Below are positions 10,660 to 22,848 of a stretch of DNA of 64,000 bases, piece by piece. Each line of letters opens with the position of its first letter. Positions within the stretch are counted from its first letter, which is position 1. Position numbers and translations under genes: made by a program. This stretch comes from Oculina patagonica. Taxonomy: Eukaryota. Under the pieces are notes generated by a model. That model saw only the letters and a program-made list of their open reading frames with translations. It ran no database searches and was not told the DNA's origin. The stretch lies in the NCBI RefSeq assembly GCF_052425735.1, contig NC_135767.1:14880001-14944000 (forward strand), in the 5' to 3' direction.

Positions 10660-12120
10660 ACACGTTTTCAGGAGATGTTATTTTAAATAATGTACAGGTT
10701 AGTTCATTCAAAATTACCACTGCTTTTTCAAACCACGTTATTGAAACCACCCTTGGTATTTGCCTTGAATGGGATCTTTTAATGCCTTCCTAACCAAACT
10801 TTTAAATGAAATGTTATAACTAGGTTTTGCAATATTATAAGACCATTCTACTGAAATTGTCACCTTGGAATATTTAGCCATATCTTAACAGAGTCTTTGA
10901 AACCCATTTTGCGTTTTCGACGAGACCACAAAAAAATAAAAAGAGACCATCCTTTAAGAAGACTTAATACGAAACACGCTGGGAAAACGAAACACGGAAA
11001 ACCGAAACAATAACACATTCAGAGGAGCTTAGTGGTTCAGTCGTTCCCCTTCCTAACGCCTTTTCGCCGCGTTTTCTTTAGAATGTGTTTATAGTCCATA
11101 GAAGGTTACCCCCAACATTTTATCAAGTTCAATAACAGTCAGTCTCGAATGTTCTCCAACTCACTGATATACAAATAAAAACTTTTCGTCAGATAATGAT
11201 TCAGCATGTGTCATTTTTCAGGTTGGGCAAAGCAATGAATATACAATGCGGAGTTATTGAAAACCTATATTGTATGCGTATATTAAAACCGCAACACGAA
11301 ACACACGGGAAACAAATCACATTCAGAAGGGACAGATGATTCAAACGTTTTTTCGCGGTTTCTTTAGAATGTGTTCGTAGTCCATGGCAGGTTAACCCCA
11401 ATATTTAAGCAATTCCAATAAAAATTCGCCGTTATACCCGTTATTACTTTTAGGTGGAGAGAGCAGTTTGGCATGAAACGAAAGTAACTCTATCAACGAA
11501 GTAAACAACTTTTCATTCGACTTAACTTAAGTCATTACATAAAAAGATTGGCGAGAAAGACACTCTCTTTTTATATTTTCTCTTTCTTTTTTTTTTTACA
11601 GTATTTTTTATTGAAGTACTTTTGTTGATGCGTTTTCCGCTGTTCTAAACGTAGCCGTTATTTCAATATGCAATGATTTGACAGACCAAGATAGATTATC
11701 AATTATCACAGGTTAGCGTTGGCGAAATTAGGTCCTACTTCATTTCATTCCTTTTTGAGCTAGGTCAGTCCTTTCATTAGTGAGCAAATAATATAATTAA
11801 TCTGAAAGAGAATTAATTATTAAATCTAAACGGAAAAAACAAATAAGAAAGATCTATGTAGCAATACCACGACATTAAATACACATTTGACGGTCTAACA
11901 CTGCAACATCCTCTAAATGCATGGTTTAATGCCATGCGTTTAGATAGATTCAAACACAAGTAGCAGTCGAAGACAACTAAACATGAAATATACCGGATAT
12001 TTATCTGCCAATCATTGATTGGGCGGAAACTAAAACTGCAGTTATAAATACTGTAGTCTTGTCATCTAGAAATTACTTTGTGCACGGAACGAACTGAACA
12101 AGTACTGACGACCAAGAGCA
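10660..12120 (+). promoter_or_regulatory. Conserved upstream cassette of the GPCR family (representative copy); proximal CCAAT/ATTGG, GGGCGG, TATAAATA
   Basis: The same ordered blocks (cagtcagtctcgaatg; gataatg.tcagcagatg; acacggaa; tagtccatggcaggtta; aagtcattacata; ggcgtaattaggtcctac; gcggaaactaaaactgcagttataaata) precede the genes at 9260, 12121, 20021, 22849, 44423, 51412, 55397 and 59118. TATAAATA at 12043-12050, 78 bp before the ATG. Confidence 0.6.
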
Positions 12121-13048
12121 ATGGCCAACTTTACTTTGGGTGACGGAAACTACAAAAGGGAGATGAACCAAACGAGCACAGAATCATGGCCAGCAGGGGT
12201 TCTTGTATTTCTTTCAGCCTTGAACATTTTTCTATCCATCACTGCAACACTGGGCAATACTCTGATCCTTGTAGCCCTCCATAAAGAGTCTTCTCTTCAT
12301 CTACCAACAAAACTTCTATTTCGATGCCTGGCAGTCACTGACCTTTGTGCTGGCCTTCTATCACAGCCACTATTCGCTGTCGCTCTTATAGGGCGTATAA
12401 TTGAGATGAACGACCTCGACGAAATCGACGAAGGATACATTGTTACAACATTTACTTTGTGTGGAATATCCATCTTAACATTGACAGCAATAAGCGTGGA
12501 TAGACTTCTCGCCCTTTTGCTGGGTTTGAGATACAGACATGTTGTAACTTTGAGACGAACTCGTGCAGTTATAGTTTGTTTCTTTACAATCTGTGTTCTG
12601 TGTGGATCGATGCACTTTTTGGAGTACTCGTGTTACCTGGGTTGCAGTCATTGCATTTGCTGCACTTTGTCTTGCAACTGCAACCTTCTCTTACACAAAG
12701 ATTTACTTAACATTACGACAACATCAATCTCAAGTACAAAGCCATGTTTCCCAAGACCGACCGAAAGTAGAAAGAACGCCACCGAACATTGAACGATACA
12801 AAAAGACTGTTTCTAGCGTAGCATGGGTTCAGTTAGCACTAGTCGCTTGCTATGCTCCGTACATTATTGTGTCTTTGCTGAGATTAAATATCTTGCGTGG
12901 AAATATAATTTTCGTGATCTATCTAGCTACGGTTACTCTTGTTTACTTTAACTCGTCTTTGAACCCGATTCTTTACTGTTGGAAGATCAAAGAAGTGAGA
13001 CAAGCAGTGAAGAACACGATCAGGCAGTTTTGCTGTTTTTGTACCTAA
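12121..13048 (+). pseudogene. GPCR subtype A with +1 frameshift at ~12615-12620
   Basis: atgcactttttgg vs atgcatttttgg in paralogs; ORFs 12121-12792 and 12593-13048 join into one complete 7TM. Confidence 0.9.
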
Positions 13049-13728
13049 TCCGCCGTTTGACCAAAGCGGGGACAGTATGTTTTGGGGGAAGTTACGGCGA
13101 CTTATTTGGCGTTCAGTAAATTTGCCAAAATATATGTTTGTATTTCTGCTGCTTTGAGACACTAAGATATCATCTTAATAAAAGAAAAACACTGCTTTCA
13201 ACAACAAATACCAGGCAAACAAAAAGGTTAATTTCAGTTTATAAGATTTAGATCACGAATCGTAAGGAAGGAGTGCGTTTTTTCGTTATATTTTAGAAGT
13301 AATATTAATCAAGCCAGGTGTACACTTCTTCAGGAGATGAAATTTTGTAATTTTATAGTCAAGGCTAGATTATTTAGAAATTGCCACTTGTATTACAAAC
13401 TACGTTATTGCATCAAGCCATTAAATTTCCCCGTTAAAAACGGGTACTTTAAAAGCTCAGTTCTTTCCAAACTTGTGTATAAATCTTTATGACTATGTTT
13501 TGTAACCAACTCATTACGTATACTACTGACGCATATGCCACGTTTCAATTTTAACCAATATCGCAAAACAGTCAGTCTCGAATGATCGCCAACTCTCTGA
13601 TATACAAAATATTTTTTTGTTTTCAGATAATGGGACAGCAGATGTCGTTTCTAAGGTTCCGGCAATTAGTCCAATTTATATACAAGGCGGAGGGTTTGAA
13701 AACCTATATTATATGCTTATTCTATTAA

Positions 13729-14323
13729 CCCCCGGAAAAGCAAACTCATACCCCCACCATCGTAAAAAAGAGGGGGGAGTGGGGGGGGGGGGGTGGGGTT
13801 GGATGGAACCCTTCCCAAGAGTTTTCGTCCTATAAAGGGGCACCGAAATATTTTTGAACTGGGTAAAAAGCCCGAAGCATACTCTACAAGATGACATAAT
13901 TCTTGTTGGTGTGACGTCATATGACGTCAGGTGACGTCATTATAGCCGCCATCTTGGATCCGCCATCTTGGATTCTACCATTTTCTGTGAAAGTGAGAAA
14001 ATAACGGAAATCGATGCAAAATCAAACCAGAATGCTAATGGAATGCAAAAATAATCAAATCGTACAATTCTGTTTCAAACAACTGGAAAAAATTAAGAAC
14101 AATGTTAACAATGACGATTTTTGGCAAAACCTGCTTGTAATTATGACGGGGCCATGGCAACAACAAATATCATGGACACATGGTTGACATATCAAAATTT
14201 CCGAAAGGGATGAATGAACAGCTACTGAAAGTTTAAGCATTGTAGAGTAAATCCTCTTTTCAAAGTTTTGAAAAACCCTTATGGGGAGGGGGACGGCATC
14301 CCCCCCCCTTGTACGTCCGAGGG
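13729..14323. mobile_element. piggyBac-type MITE, TTAA TSD
   Basis: TTAA|CCCCCGGA ... TCCGAGGG|TTAA inserted in an upstream cassette (paralogs are uninterrupted); internal ccgccatcttggat repeats. Confidence 0.75.
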
Positions 14324-14963
14324 TTAAACGGAAGACGGAACATGCGGAAAACGGAGCACATTAGAGAAAACAGATAGTTACCCTCCCATAAGCTTTTTTC
14401 TTCATTTTTTTTATTTTTTCTTGCGGTTTCTTTAGAATGTTTCTAAAGTCCATGGCAGGTTACCCCGTACATTTTCGCAAGTTCCATAACTACCGCATTC
14501 GCCGTTATACTCGACCATACCCTTAGGTGAAGAGAACTGTTTTGCATGTAACCAAAATGACTCTATCAACAATATTAAACAAAAAGTAAACAACTTTGCA
14601 TTAGGGAAAGTCATTACATAATTAGATTAACGAGAAAGCCATTCCTTTTTATTTATTCATTTCATTTTTTTTTTTTTATTTTTTTTTTCGATTGTATTTT
14701 TAGATGTATGTGTTTTCGTTGATGCATTTTCCTCTATCTTGAACGCAAAGCTTCACGTGGCCGTTATTTCAATATGTGATGATTTGGCATACCAAAGATA
14801 GATTGTCATCAACTTATCAATTATCGCAGGTTAGCGATGGCGTAATTAGATCCTACTTTCATCTCTTTGTGAGCTGCCTAAGTCCTTTCATTAGTGAGCA
14901 AAGAATAATTTATTTTGAAGAGTTAAAACACATATATGCATCTATAACACGACACCACTACAT

Positions 14964-15240
14964 CACACGAAAAGGCAACTTTACTGTTCCGTAAAACCGC
15001 CGTAAAGCTGCCATGAAGCCCGCCTTTACGGAACTTAATGCACCTTTACCGAGACGTAAAGTTGAACTTTACGCATTTTTACATTACGTCATAAATCTCC
15101 GCAAGGGGCTCCATTTACGCAACTTTACTTCGTAATAAAGTTGCGTAAAGCTCTACTTTACTGTGGCCGAAAAGCCCTTTAAAGCGTTGCAAAGGATCCC
15201 TTTATATACCTTAATACCCTTTATTCCTGCTTTACGGGCA
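14964..15240. mobile_element. One end of a DNA transposon with CAC terminus and CTTTAC/GTAAAG subterminal repeats (CMC-like)
   Basis: The upstream cassette breaks at cacacgaaaagg; many ctttac/gtaaag motifs in 270 bp; partner end not found. Confidence 0.4.
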
Positions 15241-16160
15241 TCACAACCCCGAAAATCATGTCTTAAAACAACGTAAATTCCGTCAATGAAATGGAAATTG
15301 ATTCGCTTTGTTTGTCGTAATTGTGAGAAAAGCTACATTCATAACGCTTGTTTTGTACTAAATCTTCCCCAGAATTGCTATATCACTGAAACAGTTTCTT
15401 TCTCTAACTCATATCTTCCCAAATATATAGAACATCGATCCCAGTAAAATAAAAAAAAAGATACCAAAAGCCAGAAGCTAGTTTGATCATTATTTATACT
15501 GTTTGAAAGCACTAACTTGATTCTGTTGGCGACGGCCTTTGAAGCAATTGTTTAATTGGTATTTAAGAGCGAGTAAGGAGTGCCAGTTTCTTTTTAATAA
15601 AGTAGAGCTCTGCGTCTTTCTTTTGAATGAGTTTATGTGGTACGTCTTTGAGTAATGGACATGCTTCCTTAATCAAATGCGATTTTGCCAGAATTTCGAA
15701 CTCTTCATGCCAGGAATCGAAATTCGAATCGTGGATAAACGAATTTCGAATCACTCTTGTCGGTCTTCGGCGGCTTGTTGGCAGATTGGCAAAAAACAAG
15801 CGATGAAACGTGGTGTTGCATCTAGATCTCGGAATCTTTATTCTACTGGTCCTCTAGTGTATGTAGGATTTTATTTTCGCAACAGCTTAAGTTGTGTTTA
15901 TAACTGCGAGGATCTTTTCTTCATTTATACTTCATCCGCAGTTTAAATACATGATTTTATATATTCATAATTTCAGGAGTTACTATTGTTAATTTCGGGG
16001 GCAATGGGCATTTTTCTGACATTTGTTCTATTGTTTTCTCGAAAGGAACGAGCCATTCATGTGAGACCTCGCGAGAGCTGCTACCCGATCTCCTTAGGCA
16101 GCCAATTACCTTATTCGAGATGTTATCACAAAGTATTAGAAAGATCACATTTTAGCATAT

Positions 16161-16619
16161 CCCCCACTACTAGCTCAGTTGGTAGAGCGCCGGACTGCCG
16201 TGCGGGAGGTCTCGGGTTCGACTCCCAGACCGGATCAACACCCAGGGTCTTAAAATAATTGAGGAGAACTTGCTGCCTTTTTAATTACATCTGCAAATGG
16301 TTAGGCGTTCTAGTCTTCTCGGATAAGGACGATAAACCGTAGACCCCGTCTCCTGCATCTTCAGTGTTACAATCAGCAGGGGACGTTAAAGAACCCACAC
16401 ACTCATCGTAAAGAGTACATAGGGCATGGAGTTCCCGGTGTTGTGGTATTTTCTATTCTATGGATTGGGTGGTGGGGTGAGATCATACACATGGACGGAT
16501 AGGGCTGCCAAAGGCGCCTGATATGCTGATGTCCGTTCCCATCCAATAAAATTCTAACTGTGAAGCGCATTGAGCTTTGTAAATGCTCTATATAAGCACC
16601 TATATCATTCATTCATTCA
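16161..16619 (+). mobile_element. tRNA-derived SINE (Deu/Nin-domain-like core, LINE-like tail)
   Basis: A box TAGCTCAGTTGG (16171) and B box GGTTCGACTCC (16215); core gggtcttaaaataattgaggagaa...ggataaggacgataaaccgtag...ggacgttaaagaaccc; 3' tgtgaagcgcattgag and (ATTC)n tail. Confidence 0.85.
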
Positions 16620-17181
16620 CTATGACTTGATTTAAATAACCTTCTTTAAGATGATTCGCCGTACGCCACTACGCTGTACTATCACTGCCAGAGAAAAATC
16701 AGGTACGATCACCTTAAGTCCCAACGGTTAGTTTTCAAATGTGTTTCTTAGCACGGCCTTAAGGTGACATATCAGGGCCGACCCAACGGTTAATCATGCG
16801 AAAATGTGAAAACCGATGCGCAATTTTTATTTTAAAAAGTATTTATTAGGTGTCCTTGTTTTTAATTAAATCGGCTTTCATCGTTTGCAGCTTAACTCTG
16901 GATCGTTGATAATGTAACAGAAATCTTAGTTCTCTAACATCACTTTATCTTACCTTACCTTTACTTAAACACGGTTATCTTTTTTAAGCTCAGAGAAACT
17001 TGTGGGACCATGTTTTCCTGATCAAATTTGAATTTGGCAGTAGAGTTTTTTTTTTTTTTTCGCTCTCCTTTTCACGCCACTTACACAGATGTGAAAGAAA
17101 AGCTACGTCAGTCTGTAGCTAGCTTCTTTTAAAGCCAGTTTGGTTGTTTTTTTTTTTTTTTCAGGAGGTCTCTTATTCGTA

Positions 17182-17443
17182 CCGTATTTTCTCGATTAAA
17201 CGCCGGGCACCGAATAAACGCCGGGTCTCCAAGGTGGAGTGGTAAATAAGCCGTTCAGGCATTTATTCGACGTGTAACATGCTTCAGGTATAATGGCAAG
17301 AGGCATCCATGTCACAAATAATGATTAAAAGCCCTTTCTTAATCCAAATTTTGCTCGAATAAACTGCACCATTCAAATAAACGCCGGATCCACGAAGCCA
17401 AGTTCGAAATAAACGACGGGGGCGTTTAATTGAGTAAATACGG
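17182..17443. mobile_element. Tc1/mariner-pogo-type MITE, TA TSD
   Basis: TA|CCGTATTTTCTCGATTAAACGCC...GGCGTTTAATTGAGTAAATACGG|TA; same family as 6673. Confidence 0.85.
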
Positions 17444-18000
17444 TACTCTCATACCCGTGTAATTTGTTCGCTCAATAGTTAAATGAAAGTCCGGTATAGT
17501 AATCAAACATGACTTGCGTTGCCAGAATCTTATAATGATAACACTGACATATAAAAAGAAGAGAAGAGAAAGAAAACATTCATCTATTTCTTTTTTATAA
17601 CCTATATGATATGAACATTTATGATAAACGGCCACGTTTATTTTGAATTCTTGTAAGATAACTGCCGTTGTCATGGTCGGAAACTAAATGAATTTGTAAA
17701 CATGGCAAGATGAATACAACAAAAATAATGTATTTTATTGTAATTTTCTTTCTAAAAAGCAGCAGAAAACGTACAGAATTGAAAGGAGTCTTAGGCTGGG
17801 TTAGGACGAGGGCGCGCAGAAGACAACTGACACATATGATTGAAAATTTTGTTTATTAACCTTGGGGGGGGGGGTCGGAACCTCCCGCCTCCCGTACCTT
17901 TAACTCCCGCCTCTCGCCCCTTTCCGTAGCTGTTCTCTCCTGTTTGTTTCATGTCCATTGCGAAATATTATGAAATGTTACGAAATTTCACTCGTTTTCT

Positions 18001-19160
18001 CAGATATGTCCAGGATTGAACGCTAATGAGATGCACGTTCCTCATGACAGGCATCACAAAGTGTCCTTATTAATAAAAATTCACCAAAACACACCAAATT
18101 ATGTCAAATGTGAAGTATTATTATATGACTAGCTCCGTGAGCGGTCAAGATGAAGCGAAATTCGTGTTCTGATTGGCTACCCGAGCGGTCAAGATGGAGC
18201 CATCTTGACCGCTCGGGATCGCCCGCTGTGCTCCCGCAAGCGAAAAACTTTTTCCGACGCTACTTGAAAAAGCTTTTCGTCGTAATTTTTCGCTATGAAA
18301 CTATTTTCCGAAACAACACAAAGATTTTCCAGCTAAAGAAAGTCCAATAACAAAGAAATAGGTTTTGAAGCGAGAGCAAATTAAACAACAAGTTTACGAG
18401 TTTCGTGAATTTTATTTGCCGCAAAAACCGGCTAATATAAAAATTAATACGCAAAGCGACTTCAAGACATGATACCAGTTTTGTTTGACGGAAAAGGGAG
18501 AGACTGAGGACAGTAGCATACCTGAAGAAGCACTCGGCAAACTTGTGTGACATCTTCAAAACTGCATGGAATATTAAAAGCGGATGGCACGGCGAACCAG
18601 GCACTGCAAGCTTAACATCTTTTCACCGGAGCCTCTAACGCTCACGTCGAAAAATGGGTGGGTCGAACATTTAAATTAATGATGTAGAAAAGTTCAAGCT
18701 TTTCCCGTGAAGTGGAAAGTCCCAAACGCTTTCAACAATCACAATTTCAGCTCGTGTCTCGGCAGGTTTGCACAACTAAAGCGCCAGAAGCGAGCAAATA
18801 CTCTGAAAAACGTCCAATATACTCAATAGCTGGTGGCCAGATGGAATGAACATTCTCGTTTCAAGGCTTCAAACTCAACGTTGATTCGAAAATTTAAGAA
18901 ATTTCGATATCCTTTTGAGGTTAAAAAAGAGCTAAAATTCGCTGTTGTCGCATCGTGTTACTTCGTCTCGATTCATTCAAGAATTTGACAGTCACTCATT
19001 AAACTTCCAAACCAATGAAATGATTTTAGCGTGCGCCATTGATTGTGCATGCAACTGGCTTCCTTTTCAGTGCTCGAAAAAAGTCATATAATAAATCCTT
19101 TATTGACCAAGCTCGTTCGGTCAAGATGACAGGATATTGGCCTTGTTCTTTTTTTGCGTA

Positions 19161-19193
<33 letters not shown>

Positions 19194-19339
19194 CACGCAA
19201 AAAAAAAGAACTTGGCCAATATCCTGCCATCTTGACCTCACGCTTGGTCAATAACCCATATATATGGAAATGTCAAATAACACAGTCAAACATGAAGTAC
19301 TCATTAAACAATACCTGCGTTCAATCCTGGAAATAAGTG
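18001..19339. mobile_element. Non-autonomous hAT/P-type element, 8-bp TSD CGTTTTCT
   Basis: TIR cagatatgtccaggattgaacgc / gcgttcaatcctggaaataagtg; CGTTTTCT at 17993-18000 and 19340-19347. Confidence 0.85.
18118..19263 (+). mobile_element. Decayed Crypton-like (tyrosine recombinase) element
   Basis: Ends tattatatgactagctccgtgagcggtcaagatg and ccatcttgacctcacgcttggtcaataacccatata with internal caagatg/catcttg palindromes. The broken reading at 18570-18730 (KADG..EPGT..LTSFHRSL*R...FKLSREV) resembles the Crypton/DUF3504-associated N-terminal region. Confidence 0.5.
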
Positions 19340-20020
19340 CGTTTTCTCCCGGCTCCCGCCACCTTGAGAATACCCTTTCCCGCCCTCTCTCCTCCCGCTT
19401 CCCGCCCCTTTTCTCCCGGGCTCCCGCCCCCTGTCCCCCTCCACAACCTTGGCATGCAAACAGTTTGTGCCAACTGAGTCATTGTTACTATGCCTATTTA
19501 AAATTCTAAATTAGAACTTGTCTTCAAGAGCTTTTGCCCAAACCAAACTGAAAAAGCTAACCTGTAGATAGTGGAGGGGGACAGGGGGGCGGGAGCCCGG
19601 GAGAAAAGGGGCGGGAAGCGGGAGGAGAGAGGGCGGGAAGCGGGATTCTTAAGGTGGCGGGAACCGGGAGAAAACGAGTGAAATTTCGTAACATTTCATT
19701 ATATTTCGCAATAGACATAGAGCAAACAGGAGAGAACAGCTACGGAAATGGGCGGGGGGCAGGAGTAGAAGGTACGGAAAGCGGGAGTAAAAGGAACGGG
19801 AGGCGGGAGGTTCAGACCCCCCTGTCTCCCCCCCCCCCCCCCCCAGATACGTGCCAGTAGAAAATGAAATACAAGCAGCTAACTAAATATTGAATGTACC
19901 TGATAATTAACTGTCAATCATCCATCAAGCAGAAACAGCAATTACAAATATTGTTGTCTTCTCATCTAGAAATTTATTTGCGCAATGAACAAAAATGAAG
20001 AAACTTGATCAACAAGAGAA

Positions 20021-20960
20021 ATGGGGAACTTGACTTTGGAAGGCGGAAACAACACTAGCGTGATGAACCAAACAAGCACGTCAACATGGCCGATAGGCGT
20101 ACCTGTTTTTCTCTCAGCCTTGAACATTTTTCTATCCATCACCACATCACTGGGAAATGCTGTAATCTTCATTGCTCTTCATAAAGAGTCTTCTCTTCAT
20201 CCACCAACAAAACTTTTGTTTCGATGCCTGGCGGTCACTGATCTTTGTGTTGGCTTTATTTTACAACCCCTATTCGTGACATTTATCTTTGCTACATTCG
20301 ACATAAAAAAGATGACATGGCTTGCCCTCTACTACCTAGACGAAGGAATTCATGTTTCAAGCATAACGTTGTGTGGGATGTCGATCTTAACATCAACCGC
20401 AATAAGTGTGGACAGGCTTCTCGCACTTTTGCTGGGTTTGAGATACAGACACGTTGTTACTTTGAGGCGAACTCGTGCAGTTGTAGTTTGCGTCTTTGTA
20501 ATCGGTGTTTCATGCGGCGCGGTGTATATTTGGAGTGATAGTATTGCCTGCATTGCAGTCAAAATATTCGGAGCTCTTTCTGTTATAATCTCAATCCTTT
20601 CTTACACGAAGATTTACTTAACATTACGACAACATCAAGCTCAACTACAAGAACATGTTCAACAGGGACAACCGAATGGAGGAGGGGTTTCCACTGAATG
20701 TAGCACGATACGAGAAGACAGTTTCTAGCATAGCATGGGTGCAGTTGACGTTAGTAGCTTGCTATGTTCCGTTTCTTGCTGTGAGTATACTCAAAAGTAC
20801 AATGTCAACTGACCTAAATCTTTACATGGTCAACCTAGCTACCATCACCTTCGTCTACTCAAACTCATCCCTGAACCCGATTCTTTACTGTTGGAAGATT
20901 AAAGAAGTGAAACAGGCAGCGAGGGACACGATCAGACAATGTTATTGTTTATGTTACTAA
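20021..20960 (+). pseudogene. GPCR subtype B with +1 frameshift in ICL3 (~20688-20690)
   Basis: ggaggggtttccactg vs ggaggaattccactg; ORFs 20021-20728 and 20655-20960 join into a full 7TM. Confidence 0.9.
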
Positions 20961-21748
20961 CGTTATATATGCTAAGCTTTTTTGAGCTTTGTATTATGCG
21001 ACAATTTTAAGGTTTTGAAAATTTCAATAAAAGAACCTACAAGGGCATGTACAGATCTGTATACATTTGTCTCTAAGATCGCTTTGGTGTTCTATGGATG
21101 AGGTGAATCCGAACGTTTATTACAAACAGTCATACATGGGCTTTACTTATGTCCAGCTCTAATAAACGTATAACATTCTCATTCTCTAGATAATTGGATA
21201 AGTGGACTACTTTTAGTCACGAGAGGACAGCAACAGTTTTGATAATTTATATTGCTCAAACTAATGATTTGCAAGAAGTTGTATACAATCGGGTTTTATT
21301 GTTTTTGTGATGTGCACGTCACGGAGATGTAATTTTACTTGTGTAGGTTAAATTATTTACAAAGAAGAACCTGGGGTCTTTTTGAGGCAAAGAAGGTATT
21401 TTAATCCTTCTTTGCCAACTTCTGAATGAGTATTTATGGCTAAATTTTGCAATACTGACACATCTGCTTCTTTGAAAATTTAGTGATATCTCTAACAGTC
21501 AGTCTTAATTGTTCTTCAACTCTCTGTTTTACTTATGAAAACCTTTCTTTAGATAATGGATCAGCAGATGTCGTTATTGAGGTTCCGGTAATTTCTTAAA
21601 ATGAATATAAAATGACGAAGCTTTGAAAACCTTTATAGCGTATATTTTAAAACGGAACACGGAAAACGCGAAAACCGGAACACATTAAGAAGAAGCAGAT
21701 GGTTCAAACGTTTTCCTCACTTAGGCTTTTTATTTTCTTTCTTTTTCT

Positions 21749-21885
21749 GGATCAATTTAGGTTTCTGGGAAACTGCTCACCTACCCCTCCCCAAACCAAA
21801 CATTTTGCCCAAAGCGATAAGTAAGGGTTAATGTTAGGTTTGGGGAGGGGTAGGTGAGCAGTTTCCCAGAAACCTAAATTGATCC
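21749..21885. mobile_element. 137-bp hairpin MITE, GG...CC termini, 8-bp TSD CTTTTTCT
   Basis: ggatcaatttaggtttctgggaaactgctcacctacccctcccc / exact reverse complement; empty site at ~43313-43320. Confidence 0.88.
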
Positions 21886-22054
21886 CTTTTTCTCACGTTT
21901 TCCTTAGAATGTGTCTATAGTCCGTGGTAGGTTAACCCCAACAATTTAGCAAGTTCGATAACTACGGTATTCGCCGTTATACTCGTTTATATCCTTAAGT
22001 GGCAAGAGCCGTTATGCATGAAACTAAAATGACTTTATCAACAATATAAAACAA

Positions 22055-22224
22055 AAGCAAATGAAAGATCATCGCAGTAATGTACTCAAGCAGTTGAGAA
22101 AAGCAAGCCTGAAGCCTTCCCGTTCAAACCTGATTTTTTTTTTCAGGCTTGCTTTTCTCAACTGCTTAAGTTGAGTAAATTACTGCGATGATCTTTCATT
22201 TGCTTAAAATGTATATCCGCAGTA
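22055..22224. repeat. Palindromic interspersed repeat (gatcatcgcagt...actgcgatgatc family)
   Basis: ~60 bp inverted arms; absent from the paralogous cassette at ~43480; related half copy at ~15875-15975. Confidence 0.7.
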
Positions 22225-22848
22225 ACAACTTTGCAAACGGCATAATTAAAGTCATAACATAATTAGGTTGGTGAGAAAGCCACTTTCGTTTTTTTTATTA
22301 TTATTATTTCTTTTCTTTTTTGACAGAATTTATTATTTGTTTGTTTTCGTTGATGCGTTTTCCTGTCTTAAACACAAAGTTTCACGTGGCCGTTATTTCA
22401 AAATGGGATGATTTGGCATACTAAAGATAGATTGTCATCAACTTATGAATTATCGCAGGTTAGCGATGGCCTAATTAGATCCTACTTTTAATTCTTTGTA
22501 AACTCCCCAACTTATTTCATTAGTGAGCAAAGAATAATTAATCGTCTTGAAGAGTTGAAACACATCAGTCTATGCAGCCATACAACGACAGCACCGCAAT
22601 ACAAGAAACAGTTTAACGAAGACACATTTGACGGTTTAACTCTATGACTTCTGCAGATTTGTCGTACCTGTTGATAATGAAATACAAGCAGCTGTCAACA
22701 ACAATCTAAATATGAAATGTACCAAATATATATCTGTCAAACATCCATCAGGCAGAAACTAAAACTGCACTTACAAATATCGTAGTATTCGCATCTAGAA
22801 ATTAATTTGCGCCAGGATCAAACGGAAGAACTTTAACCACCAAGAGCA

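Larger units (their letters stand above)
17863..19845. mobile_element. GC-rich palindromic element whose left arm is split by a nested insertion
   Basis: 17863-18000 plus 19348-19443 together are the reverse complement of 19571-19845. Confidence 0.8.

Noticed and set aside
15563-15799. Minus-strand 78-aa ORF as a host gene
   Set aside because: Lies inside the TE nest, has no ATG or splice support and no recognisable domain; at most a TE coding relic
16161-16240. tRNA gene
   Set aside because: A and B boxes are present but there is no clear acceptor stem or poly-T terminator; the sequence runs into a SINE core and an (ATTC)n tail
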